From: Pseudomonadota bacterium
GTDB lineage: Bacteria; Myxococcota; JACRCW01; JAFGSX01
DNA length: 64,000 bases
Assembly (NCBI GenBank): GCA_043821645.1
Contig: JBDRCO010000134.1
Coordinates: 1-64,000 of the forward strand
Reading direction: 5' to 3'
The position numbers and the translations under genes are program-made. The notes below the pieces were generated by a model. It did not search any database. It saw only the letters and a program-made list of their open reading frames with translations, and was not told the DNA's origin. How positions within the stretch are numbered: the first letter of the stretch is position 1; each line of letters begins with the position of its first letter. Below are positions 28,565 to 37,833 of this stretch, in pieces.

Positions 28565-31500
28565 TCACTCACCCGGGTCGTAGCGTCCGCTCACGCTTCC
28601 CATCCTGGCGTCGAGAGCGAAGCTCGTCCCCTCGAGCTCGAAGCGGCCATCGCTGTGGAGCTGTGCCCTCGGCACATCCACGGTGAGGCGGATGCGCGCT
28701 CGGTCCAGACGCTGCACGTGCAGGCCCCGGATACCCGACAGTTCTTCCAGGTTGACCTGGTCCGCCTGCAGCTCGGCCTCGAGGCGCAGCCGACCCTGAG
28801 CGCGGCGCGCACCCTGCTCGTCGACAACCAGGTCGTCGACGCTGAACTCGACCTGGGACCCCGTACCCAGGACAAGGGGCTGGCTCAGGCCAGGGACCCG
28901 GAGCTGGCCCGCGTCGAGGCCGCCGTGCACGGTTGTTCCTGGACCAAGGGTGAGTTGCGTGGCGCGGCCGCGCTCGCTCACCCGCATGTCGGTGACATTG
29001 AGCGACACCCTGGTCCCGGCGGCCAGATCGAGGTTCGCGGTGCCGTCGCTGCTACGCAGCGCGCCGTCGCGGACATCGACGTCGATCTGCAGGCGATCTG
29101 GCAGGTGCACGCCCTCGCGGCTGTCGAACTCGAAGGCTCCGCCACCGCGAATTCGGGCGCTGCCCTCGACCTGCACGCCCGGGACCTCGCCCGCGAAGTC
29201 GCGGATGCCGAGGTCGACACCTCCCTTGCCCTGGATCGAGAACTCGCCCTCGCGGGTGAAGCGCACCCGGTTCACATCGGCCACTAGGCGCGACCCGCTC
29301 GTGGTCTCGACCCGTCCCTTGGCGCCCACGGTCTCACCGGCAAAGCTCAAGCGATCGAGCGTGCTGTCGATATGCAGGTCGCCGTCGAGGAGAACCTCGC
29401 CCTGGGAATGGAGCCGCACACGGCCCTTGCCCTGGATCGATGTGCGACCGGCGTCGATGGCCATGCCCCTGCCCTCGGATTGAAAATCGCGGATGCGCGC
29501 GTCGATGTCCTGTACCTCGGCGTCGATCTGCAGGCCGCGACCCTGGGCAAAATCGACCTCACCCTTGCCGCGGAGCCGCGCGTACTGCACGTCGACCTTG
29601 CCCTGGCCGCTGGCCACCGCGAAGTCGCGCACGGCGGCATCGAGCTGGTCCACCTGTCCCTTGATGGCGATGCGGTTGTGGTCGACCCGGATCTCGCCCA
29701 CCACCGCGGAGCGGCCGAACTCTACCTGGGCTTCGCCGTCGGCATCGTCGACCGTGGCCCGGGCCCCCTCGATGCGGCCGGCGAAGTGCGGCACGTGCAG
29801 GTTCACATCGGCGGCGTCGACGGCCACGGGCAGCCCGTCGGGTCCCAGGCGCAGCTTTGTGGTGGTGCGCAGGTTTGCACCTTCGACCTGTCCGTCGGCG
29901 AGGTGGATGTAGTCGCCATTGGTGCGCTTGTGCACGGCATAGCGCACATCGAGGGACATGTTCTCGAGCGAGGTGGTGATCGTCGCCCGGTCGCCGTCAC
30001 GCCGGTAGTCGACGCGCAGGTCCGCGCTGCCCTTGCCCGACTGCAGGGCCACGCCATCCTGGGCCAGCTCGACCTCGCTGAAGCGAATGCGACCGCTCAG
30101 GGACGCTGCCGAGGCCGTGCCGCTCATCGTGAGCCGCGTGTCCCTGTCGACCTGGATGGTCCCTCCCGGCACGGGGAGGGGGCCAGGCTTGAAGACGGCG
30201 TTGTCGACGCTCAGGCTGGCCTGGTCGAGCTTGAGCGCAGCGGGGACGGAGGTCGTCGCGCCACCGGCGTTGCCCGCGCTGTTGGTGCTCGTGGAGCGCG
30301 AGCCTGAAGGCGTGGTCTGGCCTGTCATGCGCTCGACGAAGCGGTCTGCCTCGAGGGGCATCTTCTCCATCCCAGGCACCGCGAAGTCCTTCATGCCGCC
30401 GAGATCGAGGCGCAGGGTGTTCTTGTCGTCGAAGTACGCGCCGCGCACCGTGACCCACAGCGGGCCGTCACCGGACTGCGAGAAGCTGGCCTTGGTCTTG
30501 CCCGGAACCACGCGGCCATTCTCGACGGTCGCCTGCACGGTCAGGGTGGTTCCCTTCTTGAAATCAGCGCTCTTGCGCCAGCCTGAGCCCAGGGTCCCCT
30601 CGACGGGGATCTGCATCTCGATGGTGCCGTCCTGGATGCGCTTGGCCACGTCCACGGGATGGAAGTCCTGCCCGGGCACGGTGGCACCGGCGATGGCAGC
30701 CGCGGACAGCGCGCGCACGCGCTCGGCAGAAAGTGTGCCCTGGGGGGAACTCTCGCTGGTCGGGGGAGCTGTCGCGGCCTGGGGCAGGACCAGGGGTTCG
30801 AGGGGCTCGCCGGGACTGTCGCTCAGGCTGCCTCGGCCCCGGCCGTCGGCGCCGGTGGCGCCGGCGATGCGGTCGATGCCGCCGTCGACCTGCACACCCA
30901 CGCCCTTGAGATGAAAGCGTCCATCCTGGCCCAGCGCCACGTCGTCCACGGTGATCCGTGCCCGGCTGCGGCTCCCCTCGATACGTTCGATACGGGCACC
31001 GGAGCCCGCCGCGCGGCTGGTGGCCTCGAGATCACCCGTGAAACGTGCGTCGACCTGCAGCGTGCCATGCAGCTCGGGCAGGCCCTGGCCGTCCTTGTGT
31101 ACGCTGTCGATGTCAAAGCGCGCCTGGCTGCCCTTCTCGAGGGCGATCGTGCGACCGCCCAGGGTCATCTGCCCCCCGTCGAGGACGGCTTGCAGCCTGC
31201 TGCCTTGACCGAGGACCACGCTGTTCTCTGCGGGGTTCGACGACACCTTGAGTTCCTGAACCTTGAGATCGAGCTGCGAACCCTGGCCCGCGTCGAGGGA
31301 GAAACCCTGTCCGCCGGGTGCCACCTTGGCGTCGTCGACCTGGACCTCCACCGTGGCGTCGGCGCGGGTGAAGAAGATCTGTCCCTGGCCAATGTGCAGG
31401 TCCGTCGTGCCCTGAAGTCGAGCGCTGCCCTCGGCCTCGAGACCCGGCAGCCGGGTCTTGTAGTGTTCGAGCCCGATGTCGACCTCGCCCCTGGCGTCCA

Positions 31501-33493
31501 TCTCGAAGCCTCGACCGCCTCCGGCCGAGAAGTGCGTGACCGCGGCATCGACACGGGAACCCGCGGCCAGGTCCAGGCCGAGCGATCCATCGCTGCGACG
31601 GACCTGCAGGTCGTCGACACCGCCCTGGAGTTGCAGCTCGCCGTCGATCTGGACGCCGCTGTCGCGCCCCAGCTGGACCCGACCCTGGCCCGTGAGCTCG
31701 GTGCGCGCCAGATCGACGTCCACTCCTGCGCTGTGGCCCCGGTAGTCATCCACGCGCACGGCGATCTGCCGGCCCTGCACGTCGACCTTGTAATCGTCGC
31801 TGCCGGTGTCCAGGCGCAGCGCCGTGCGACCCTGTACCTGCAGGTGATGCAGGTCGAGAGCGGCGTCGCGCTTGGTGGTCTGCAGGTCGCGAACCTCGAC
31901 CCGGCTGTCCGCGAGCGTGACGTCGACGCGGGTCCCCTCGGGGCCCACCGCCACCCGACCCGCAAAGGGGCTCTCACCGACCGCGAAGGAGGTGTTGCCG
32001 CGGGCGTCCGGGACGGTGAGCTGCAGACCCCGGAGCACTCCCTCGGCCTCGAAGGACGCGCGGACCTTGCCACTCTCAACCTGGGATGACCTGCCCGGCG
32101 CACCCGGTCGCAGGGTCGTCTCCACCTCGACCTCGCCGTCGCGGATCTTGGTAGGTCCCAGGCTCAGGCGATCCTGTGCACCCTCGCCTGTGCCAGGACG
32201 GGTCGCCTCGAAACCCTCGAGCGTGGCCTGCACATTGCTCAATCGCGTCGACAGCACCACGCTGCCGTCGCGCCGGGTCGCCGAGCTCACGTGCACTGTG
32301 GCCTCGCCCGGGCCCGTCTTGAGGGCCTGCCCGTCCTGGTTCAGGGCCACGCTATCCACGCGCACCCGACCCTCGAGCGTTGCCCGGGATGCGTCGCCCG
32401 AGAGCCGCAGGTGGCTCCCGCTGGCCAGATCGATGCGCGCACTGCCAGCGTCGATCATATCGTCCTTGAGGGTGACCTGGCCGACATTGAAGCGCAGGCG
32501 ATCGAGCTGGAGCACACCCTCGGGCATGGGCGGGGTCTCGCTGCGGTCGCTGCGGGACCCGCGCGCAGAGGCAGGCGTTGCCTGGGTGCTGGACCCATCG
32601 GCGAAACCGGACACCAGATCCTTGACCTCGAAACGTCCGCGCTTGCTGATGTTGAGATCGAAGAAGCCGCCGATGTCGGCCTTGAACTGCACCTGTGCCT
32701 CGCCGCGATCGCGGAGGTAGGCGCCGCGGCCGGTCAGCCACAGCGGGAGGTCCGCAGGAGGATCGATCTCGACCTTGCAGCCGCCGCCGGTGTCCCGGCC
32801 TCGCGCGTCCCGCGCAGGGACCAGCTCGCCGTCGCGCACCTGCATCTGCACGCGCATCACGGTGTTGGGCTCGATGCTGAAGGACACCCCCCGGGCCTTG
32901 TAACGGCCGGCCTTGAGGGGGATCTCGACCTGCAGGTCGCCGTCCTTGACCGCGCCCACCAGCTGCAGACCGTCCACGCCACGCAGCTTGGCCGGGCTCA
33001 GGTCCTGCAGGCTGTCGACCAGCTTGTTGTCCACCTGGTCGAAGGGGTTCCAGCTCGAGGGCGTATTCGGCGCCGGGCTCGCGGCGGTGCGGGAGTCGCT
33101 GTCCAGGTTCTTCTTGGCGCTGAGCAGACCGAGGGCGCCGTTGCCGCGCAGGCTTCCGGTGGTGTTGAGCTCGGGCTGCACGGTCGCGGGATCGCGGCCG
33201 AGGGTACGGCGCTGTGGCGTGGTGCTGGCGTCGACCCCGCTGGTGGTCTCGGGTCGCACCCTGGGGACAGGGCTCGTGGACGGTGCCGTGGAGGCCCGCG
33301 GTAACTCGAGCCGCTGCCCGGTTCGAATGCGGTCGGGATCGGTGATGCCAGGATTGGCAGCCAGGAGCTGTTGCAGGGTGACGCCGTGACGGCGCGCGAT
33401 GCCGCTCAGGGTATCGCCCTTCTGGACCTGAATGGTCTGCTCGCCAGAAGGGCGCTGGGGAGCGCTGGAGCCCGAGGTCTTGCGAACCGCCAT
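28565..33493 (-). CDS. Large LysM-domain protein with a duplicated beta-strand-rich module
   Basis: VQKGDTLSGIARRHGV..ANP..DPDRIRTGQRLELP; PLWLTGRGAY and PLWVTVRGAY lie about 761 aa apart. Confidence 0.85.
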   Translation of the reverse strand: MAVRKTSGSSAPQRPSGEQTIQVQKGDTLSGIARRHGVTLQQLLAANPGITDPDRIRTGQRLELPRASTAPSTSPVPRVRPETTSGVDASTTPQRRTLGRDPATVQPELNTTGSLRGNGALGLLSAKKNLDSDSRTAASPAPNTPSSWNPFDQVDNKLVDSLQDLSPAKLRGVDGLQLVGAVKDGDLQVEIPLKAGRYKARGVSFSIEPNTVMRVQMQVRDGELVPARDARGRDTGGGCKVEIDPPADLPLWLTGRGAYLRDRGEAQVQFKADIGGFFDLNISKRGRFEVKDLVSGFADGSSTQATPASARGSRSDRSETPPMPEGVLQLDRLRFNVGQVTLKDDMIDAGSARIDLASGSHLRLSGDASRATLEGRVRVDSVALNQDGQALKTGPGEATVHVSSATRRDGSVVLSTRLSNVQATLEGFEATRPGTGEGAQDRLSLGPTKIRDGEVEVETTLRPGAPGRSSQVESGKVRASFEAEGVLRGLQLTVPDARGNTSFAVGESPFAGRVAVGPEGTRVDVTLADSRVEVRDLQTTKRDAALDLHHLQVQGRTALRLDTGSDDYKVDVQGRQIAVRVDDYRGHSAGVDVDLARTELTGQGRVQLGRDSGVQIDGELQLQGGVDDLQVRRSDGSLGLDLAAGSRVDAAVTHFSAGGGRGFEMDARGEVDIGLEHYKTRLPGLEAEGSARLQGTTDLHIGQGQIFFTRADATVEVQVDDAKVAPGGQGFSLDAGQGSQLDLKVQELKVSSNPAENSVVLGQGSRLQAVLDGGQMTLGGRTIALEKGSQARFDIDSVHKDGQGLPELHGTLQVDARFTGDLEATSRAAGSGARIERIEGSRSRARITVDDVALGQDGRFHLKGVGVQVDGGIDRIAGATGADGRGRGSLSDSPGEPLEPLVLPQAATAPPTSESSPQGTLSAERVRALSAAAIAGATVPGQDFHPVDVAKRIQDGTIEMQIPVEGTLGSGWRKSADFKKGTTLTVQATVENGRVVPGKTKASFSQSGDGPLWVTVRGAYFDDKNTLRLDLGGMKDFAVPGMEKMPLEADRFVERMTGQTTPSGSRSTSTNSAGNAGGATTSVPAALKLDQASLSVDNAVFKPGPLPVPGGTIQVDRDTRLTMSGTASAASLSGRIRFSEVELAQDGVALQSGKGSADLRVDYRRDGDRATITTSLENMSLDVRYAVHKRTNGDYIHLADGQVEGANLRTTTKLRLGPDGLPVAVDAADVNLHVPHFAGRIEGARATVDDADGEAQVEFGRSAVVGEIRVDHNRIAIKGQVDQLDAAVRDFAVASGQGKVDVQYARLRGKGEVDFAQGRGLQIDAEVQDIDARIRDFQSEGRGMAIDAGRTSIQGKGRVRLHSQGEVLLDGDLHIDSTLDRLSFAGETVGAKGRVETTSGSRLVADVNRVRFTREGEFSIQGKGGVDLGIRDFAGEVPGVQVEGSARIRGGGAFEFDSREGVHLPDRLQIDVDVRDGALRSSDGTANLDLAAGTRVSLNVTDMRVSERGRATQLTLGPGTTVHGGLDAGQLRVPGLSQPLVLGTGSQVEFSVDDLVVDEQGARRAQGRLRLEAELQADQVNLEELSGIRGLHVQRLDRARIRLTVDVPRAQLHSDGRFELEGTSFALDARMGSVSGRYDPGE

Positions 33494-33549
33494 CCTGCCC
33501 TCGTCACCCGCCCTGCACGTTGACCAAAGACCGTCCCTCACAGGGTTAT

Positions 33550-33580
33550 ATCCCTCAGCCATATAAGTTGGCTCAGGGAT
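33550..33580. other. Inverted repeat/hairpin between the dockerin-lipoprotein and LysM genes
   Basis: ATCCCTCAGCCA-tataagt-TGGCTCAGGGAT (one mismatch). Confidence 0.55.
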
Positions 33581-33597
33581 GGGTGTGGTGCGATCCC

Positions 33598-34512
33598 TCA
33601 GGGGCAGGTGCAGATCTGATCGATGACGCAATCGGACAGGATGGGAAGGTCCAGATCGTCCACACGTCCATCGCAGTTGGCGTCGCAATTGCTGCGTGGG
33701 CATCGTGGATGATCCTCGGCGAAACCGGCGGGATCGTCCCGGCATTGCGCGAAGGCAGCGATGTCAGGCGAGCCCAGGCGGCGGTTGCAGTCGGCATCGC
33801 CGCGAAGCCCCACGGGGGGTGCAGCCTGAACACCACCATCCGGGAGTTGGCAGCAGGCTGGCTCGCCTGCACAGTAGTTGGCCAGCAACAGGCTCAGATC
33901 TGTCAGATCGACGATGCCGTTCCCGTCGAGGTCGCCCTCTTGCTCCCCTGTCAGCCCGTAATCGGCGAGCAGGCGGTCGAGGTCCAGCTCGTCGACGCAG
34001 CCATCGCCATTGAGATCACCCGTGAGCCCGAAAGGCGCACAGCGGTCCTGGGGTCGGCCCAGAGGATCTCCCGTCTGGGCCAGGGCCGGGCAGGGCTGCG
34101 TCTGCAGCTGGGTGCGCCATACCCGGTCGCCAGCCCCGCAGGTCTGGTTGTCGTCCACGTCGAGAAACGCGTCGACCAGGTAGCGGCGGCCCTGCAGCAC
34201 GGCGAAGGGATGGCGCTGGTCCACGCGCTGATCGCGCACAGGAGCCTCGAAGCGGGCCAGCACGGCGAGATCTCTCGCGTCGCGCACGACCACCTGGATC
34301 ACGGCGCCCTCGGCATCGCCCAGCTCGCGGATGGCGAGGCGCAGGGCGTCGCATATGGGCTCCCCGTCACGAGGCTGTCGGCAGTAGCCCAGCGCGCGAT
34401 CGCACCGGGAAAACGCAGGGCACTCCCCGTCGCTGGCGCACAGGGTCACCGCGATCTGGGGCTTGCAGCTGGTGAGGACAAACACGAGGGTGCAGAGTCC
34501 GAGGCGAAGCAT
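33598..34512 (-). CDS. Cys-rich lipoprotein with dockerin/EF-hand-like Ca-binding repeats
   Basis: VLTSC lipobox; GDLNGDGCVDELDL, GDLDGNGIVDLTDL, GDADCN, CDANCDGRVDDLDL. Confidence 0.78.
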   Translation of the reverse strand: MLRLGLCTLVFVLTSCKPQIAVTLCASDGECPAFSRCDRALGYCRQPRDGEPICDALRLAIRELGDAEGAVIQVVVRDARDLAVLARFEAPVRDQRVDQRHPFAVLQGRRYLVDAFLDVDDNQTCGAGDRVWRTQLQTQPCPALAQTGDPLGRPQDRCAPFGLTGDLNGDGCVDELDLDRLLADYGLTGEQEGDLDGNGIVDLTDLSLLLANYCAGEPACCQLPDGGVQAAPPVGLRGDADCNRRLGSPDIAAFAQCRDDPAGFAEDHPRCPRSNCDANCDGRVDDLDLPILSDCVIDQICTCP

Positions 34513-34568
34513 GGGTCCATGAGCTCCCTGGCGCGAGGTTCGGGGCGCGCCGGGTGTTCGGGTGCCGC

Positions 34569-35963
34569 TCAGCCCTGAGCGCTGCGCGCGTCAGAGCGTC
34601 GAGTGATCGCATCAAAGGCGAGCAAACACACCAGGGCCACTGCGCCGATGGCCGCGAAAACATACCAGATGTAGTGCGCGTGCGCGTAGGCCTCGGGCAG
34701 CGCTGTCCCGTATTGCAGGGCCAGGGTGTGCGCCTGATGCTGTGCCAGCGGCAGCGTCGAGGGATCCGGGCAGAAGGCATCGAGCAGGTAGCCCGACAGC
34801 ACGAAGCCGACGGACCAGGCAAAGAAGGTGTGCAGGTGCGAGTAGCCCATGTACAGACCCTCCTCGCCCGGAGGGGCCTGCTTGCTGGCGTACTCGAGAA
34901 AGCGTGGGCTCAAGAAACACTCAGCCAGACCCTGCAGGCCAATGCCCACGACGAGACACAGGGTGATGGGGTGCACGGTGGTTCCCAGCAGGGGGATGCT
35001 GGTACCTGTCATGGCCTCGAGTATCGGACTGAGCGCGATGGACAGCGCCGTGAACGGGATGATGGCGAGACCGATGCCAATCGAGGCCACCGGCCGGACC
35101 CGGCGCACCAGCTGCGTGATGACGATGGCCATGGCCACCACCACCGCGGGATTGATGTTGGCGATCCACTCGGGCCTGGCATGCTCGCCCACCGTGCGCA
35201 GGATGTACTTGGGCATGGAGGCGTAGACCTGGCCCTGGATGATCCAGAACCCGGCAACGATGAAGATGAGCGCCATGAAGCGGCCATTGCGCAGCACCGT
35301 TGCGAAGCCGCGGGCGATCTCGGCGTAGCTCTTGCGCTCGCCGTCGTGGGAGTCGATGCCCCTGTAAAACAGCAGCACCACGATCACGCCCAGCAAGCCC
35401 ATGAATGCGGAGTAGTAGCTGACGTACTCGAGGCCGAGCATGGTGCGCAGCGGATAGGCGATGGTCTTGCCGGTGAAGGAGCCGATGTTGACCACGGTGT
35501 AGAAGATCGAAAAGGCTCGAGCGCGGTTATGCTCGTCGCTGCTCCGGGCTGCAGTGCCGCTGATCACGGGCTTGACCAGGGCACCACCGAGCAGGATCAC
35601 GGTGAGCGAGACCACCGCCATCACCTGAATGCCTCCCGCTCCGAGCAACGCGCGCGCGAGGGTCGTGCCGAAGAATCCCAGCATGGCGTAGCCCACGGTG
35701 AGCAGCGAGAAGGCAAGGACGAGTGCCAGGCGAAAGCCCACCCGATCTGCCCAGGCCCCGGCGAAGGGTGGGACCAGATAAATGACCGCGGCAAAGTAGG
35801 CTGCGACCCAGCCGGCGCCGACGTCACTGAAACCATAGTTGCGGGTCAGGTACACCACCAGGCCGATGAACACGCCGTAGTAGGCGGCGCGCTCGAACAG
35901 CTCAACCACGTTGGCGGCCCAGAAGTGGCGCGGGAAGCGCCAGGTGCCGGTGCTCTCGCTCAT
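34569..35963 (-). CDS. MFS transporter (POT/peptide-like)
   Basis: ELFERAAYYG, WADRVG, AFSIFYTVVNIGS, about 12 TM. Confidence 0.9.
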   Translation of the reverse strand: MSESTGTWRFPRHFWAANVVELFERAAYYGVFIGLVVYLTRNYGFSDVGAGWVAAYFAAVIYLVPPFAGAWADRVGFRLALVLAFSLLTVGYAMLGFFGTTLARALLGAGGIQVMAVVSLTVILLGGALVKPVISGTAARSSDEHNRARAFSIFYTVVNIGSFTGKTIAYPLRTMLGLEYVSYYSAFMGLLGVIVVLLFYRGIDSHDGERKSYAEIARGFATVLRNGRFMALIFIVAGFWIIQGQVYASMPKYILRTVGEHARPEWIANINPAVVVAMAIVITQLVRRVRPVASIGIGLAIIPFTALSIALSPILEAMTGTSIPLLGTTVHPITLCLVVGIGLQGLAECFLSPRFLEYASKQAPPGEEGLYMGYSHLHTFFAWSVGFVLSGYLLDAFCPDPSTLPLAQHQAHTLALQYGTALPEAYAHAHYIWYVFAAIGAVALVCLLAFDAITRRSDARSAQG

Positions 35964-36245
35964 GTCCTTGGTTCGACCTTTCTGCGCACCGGTACCCGGG
36001 CGCTGGACGAAGGGCTGCTATAGCAGAGCATTCCTTGGAGCAGCACCCCCATTCGAGGACACGCCCGGGGAGCGTCCATGATATGCATGAGCTCTGCTCG
36101 TCGAGAACGGGTCTTCATGCCCCGGTCGTCCAGCACGATGATGCCTGGTCCCACGGCGATCGTGGGGACCGGGTGACACCGGGAACTCCTGCCGGTGTTG
36201 AAGGTGTGGTATCCTTTTCTCTTTCGGTGGGGACGGAGATTCATT

Positions 36246-37823
36246 GTGCGATATCGGTCCCCCCGCGGGTCTCTCTCGGTGATGCTGACCATCCTGCTCA
36301 TGGTATCTGGCCTGTGCTCGTCTGTTGCCGCGGCCGACCTGTCAGAGGAGGCGAGGACGCGCCTGGACCTCGAGGAGCTGACCCTCGCCGAGGCCGAGCT
36401 GCACGAGGCCATGGTCGAGCTGCTGGCGCCCGGTGAGCTGCTGAGCAAGGCGGTGAGCCAGCACCGGGTTCTGTCCCGCCACGATCAGCAGATCCTGCTG
36501 CAACGCTGGAAACGCGCCCGCACGGCCATGGACAGGGTCGACGCCGTGGCGCGCCTCACCACCATGGCGCTGGCCTCCTCGCCCCTGTGCCAGGACGCTC
36601 TGTGTCACGAACGCGCCGCCCTGGGGGCCGTGGCTCGCCTGACCAAGCTCGTGCATGGCACTGGCCTGCTGGTCCTGCTGCGGGCCGCTCCGAAACTTCA
36701 AGTCACACTCGATGACGAGTCGTCACAGTTCGGTCAGCGCGGGGGCGAAGCGGGGCGCTTCCGGGATCAGGTCTACGACGCCCGGGACCTGAGCCTGTTG
36801 CTCGGCTATGCGCGCACACGGGCGGCGCACATGAGTGGATTGTATGCACGCCACGGTCAGCACACCGTGGATCGCGAGCGCTGGTTGCTGCACTTCTGGA
36901 TCCGCCACAGCGGGCTCATCGAGAACGCGCTCACCGGAACCGACGCTGGCAATGCCTGGTTCGACGCCACCCTCACCGAGCGCGTGCGGGGATTTCTGGA
37001 CCAGGCCGCCAAGGAGATCACGCGACCGCTCGCACGGGTCTTCGGACGCACCAAGGTGATCCGGCCGGGCCGCTACCTCATCGCTCTCGAGCAGGCCGAG
37101 GTCATGGTCACGCAGCTCGAGCCTGGTGACATCGTGCTCGAGAAGACCCAGGGTTACCTGTGCAACTGGTTCATCAAAGGCTACTGGGGTCACGCGATGC
37201 TCTACCTCGGTAGCTATGACGAGGCGATGGCAGCCTTCGACGCTCCCGAGCTGCGTGCGGCGTTTGCAGCGCGCGGCGCCCGCGACTTCGAGGACTACCT
37301 GATCCAGCATGCGCCCGAGGCTGCGCGTGCCTGGCGCAGTGGACGTGATCCTGGCGGCCGCGAGATGCGTTTCATCGAGGGTGATGGCATCGCGGGTCAG
37401 GTCGTGTTCAGCTCGACCGCCCAGGCCATGGACGCCGACTCGCTCGCCGCGTTGCGGCCTCGGCTGAGCCGTCTCGACAAGGCCCTGGCCATCGCCGACG
37501 CCCTGACCTACTGGCAGCGGGCCTTCGACTATGCCCTGGATCTCAGCACCGACAGCGCCCTCATGTGCACCGAGCTGGTGGCGCGCGCCTATGCCGCCGA
37601 GCCCGGCAAGCAGGGGCTGACCCTGCCTGCGCGCTCCATTGGCGGCGGACGCTTCATGGTCATTCCCAGCGACATCGCGGAGCAGTACGCGCGCGACGTG
37701 GCACACCCCGGACGCCAGCTGGATTTCGTGTATTTGCTGCGCGCCGACGAGGTCCACGAGCGCAGTACCGTGGGATCCGAGGTCGAGTTCCGGGGGTCCG
37801 CCGACTGGAAGACCTTGCTGTGA
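36246..37823 (+). CDS. Secreted YiiX/YebB-like permuted papain/NlpC-P60 amidase
   Basis: Signal peptide; LEPGDIVL..GYWGHAMLYLG..FDY..ALMCTELV (His before Cys); start uncertain. Confidence 0.82.
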   Translation: MRYRSPRGSLSVMLTILLMVSGLCSSVAAADLSEEARTRLDLEELTLAEAELHEAMVELLAPGELLSKAVSQHRVLSRHDQQILLQRWKRARTAMDRVDAVARLTTMALASSPLCQDALCHERAALGAVARLTKLVHGTGLLVLLRAAPKLQVTLDDESSQFGQRGGEAGRFRDQVYDARDLSLLLGYARTRAAHMSGLYARHGQHTVDRERWLLHFWIRHSGLIENALTGTDAGNAWFDATLTERVRGFLDQAAKEITRPLARVFGRTKVIRPGRYLIALEQAEVMVTQLEPGDIVLEKTQGYLCNWFIKGYWGHAMLYLGSYDEAMAAFDAPELRAAFAARGARDFEDYLIQHAPEAARAWRSGRDPGGREMRFIEGDGIAGQVVFSSTAQAMDADSLAALRPRLSRLDKALAIADALTYWQRAFDYALDLSTDSALMCTELVARAYAAEPGKQGLTLPARSIGGGRFMVIPSDIAEQYARDVAHPGRQLDFVYLLRADEVHERSTVGSEVEFRGSADWKTLL

Positions 37824-37833
37824 CGACGGTGCT

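Noticed and set aside
33548-33571. Fourth copy of the substrate promoter motif upstream of the LysM gene (CCAAC-N13-GGATAT)
   Set aside because: Both boxes mismatch and the spacing is wrong
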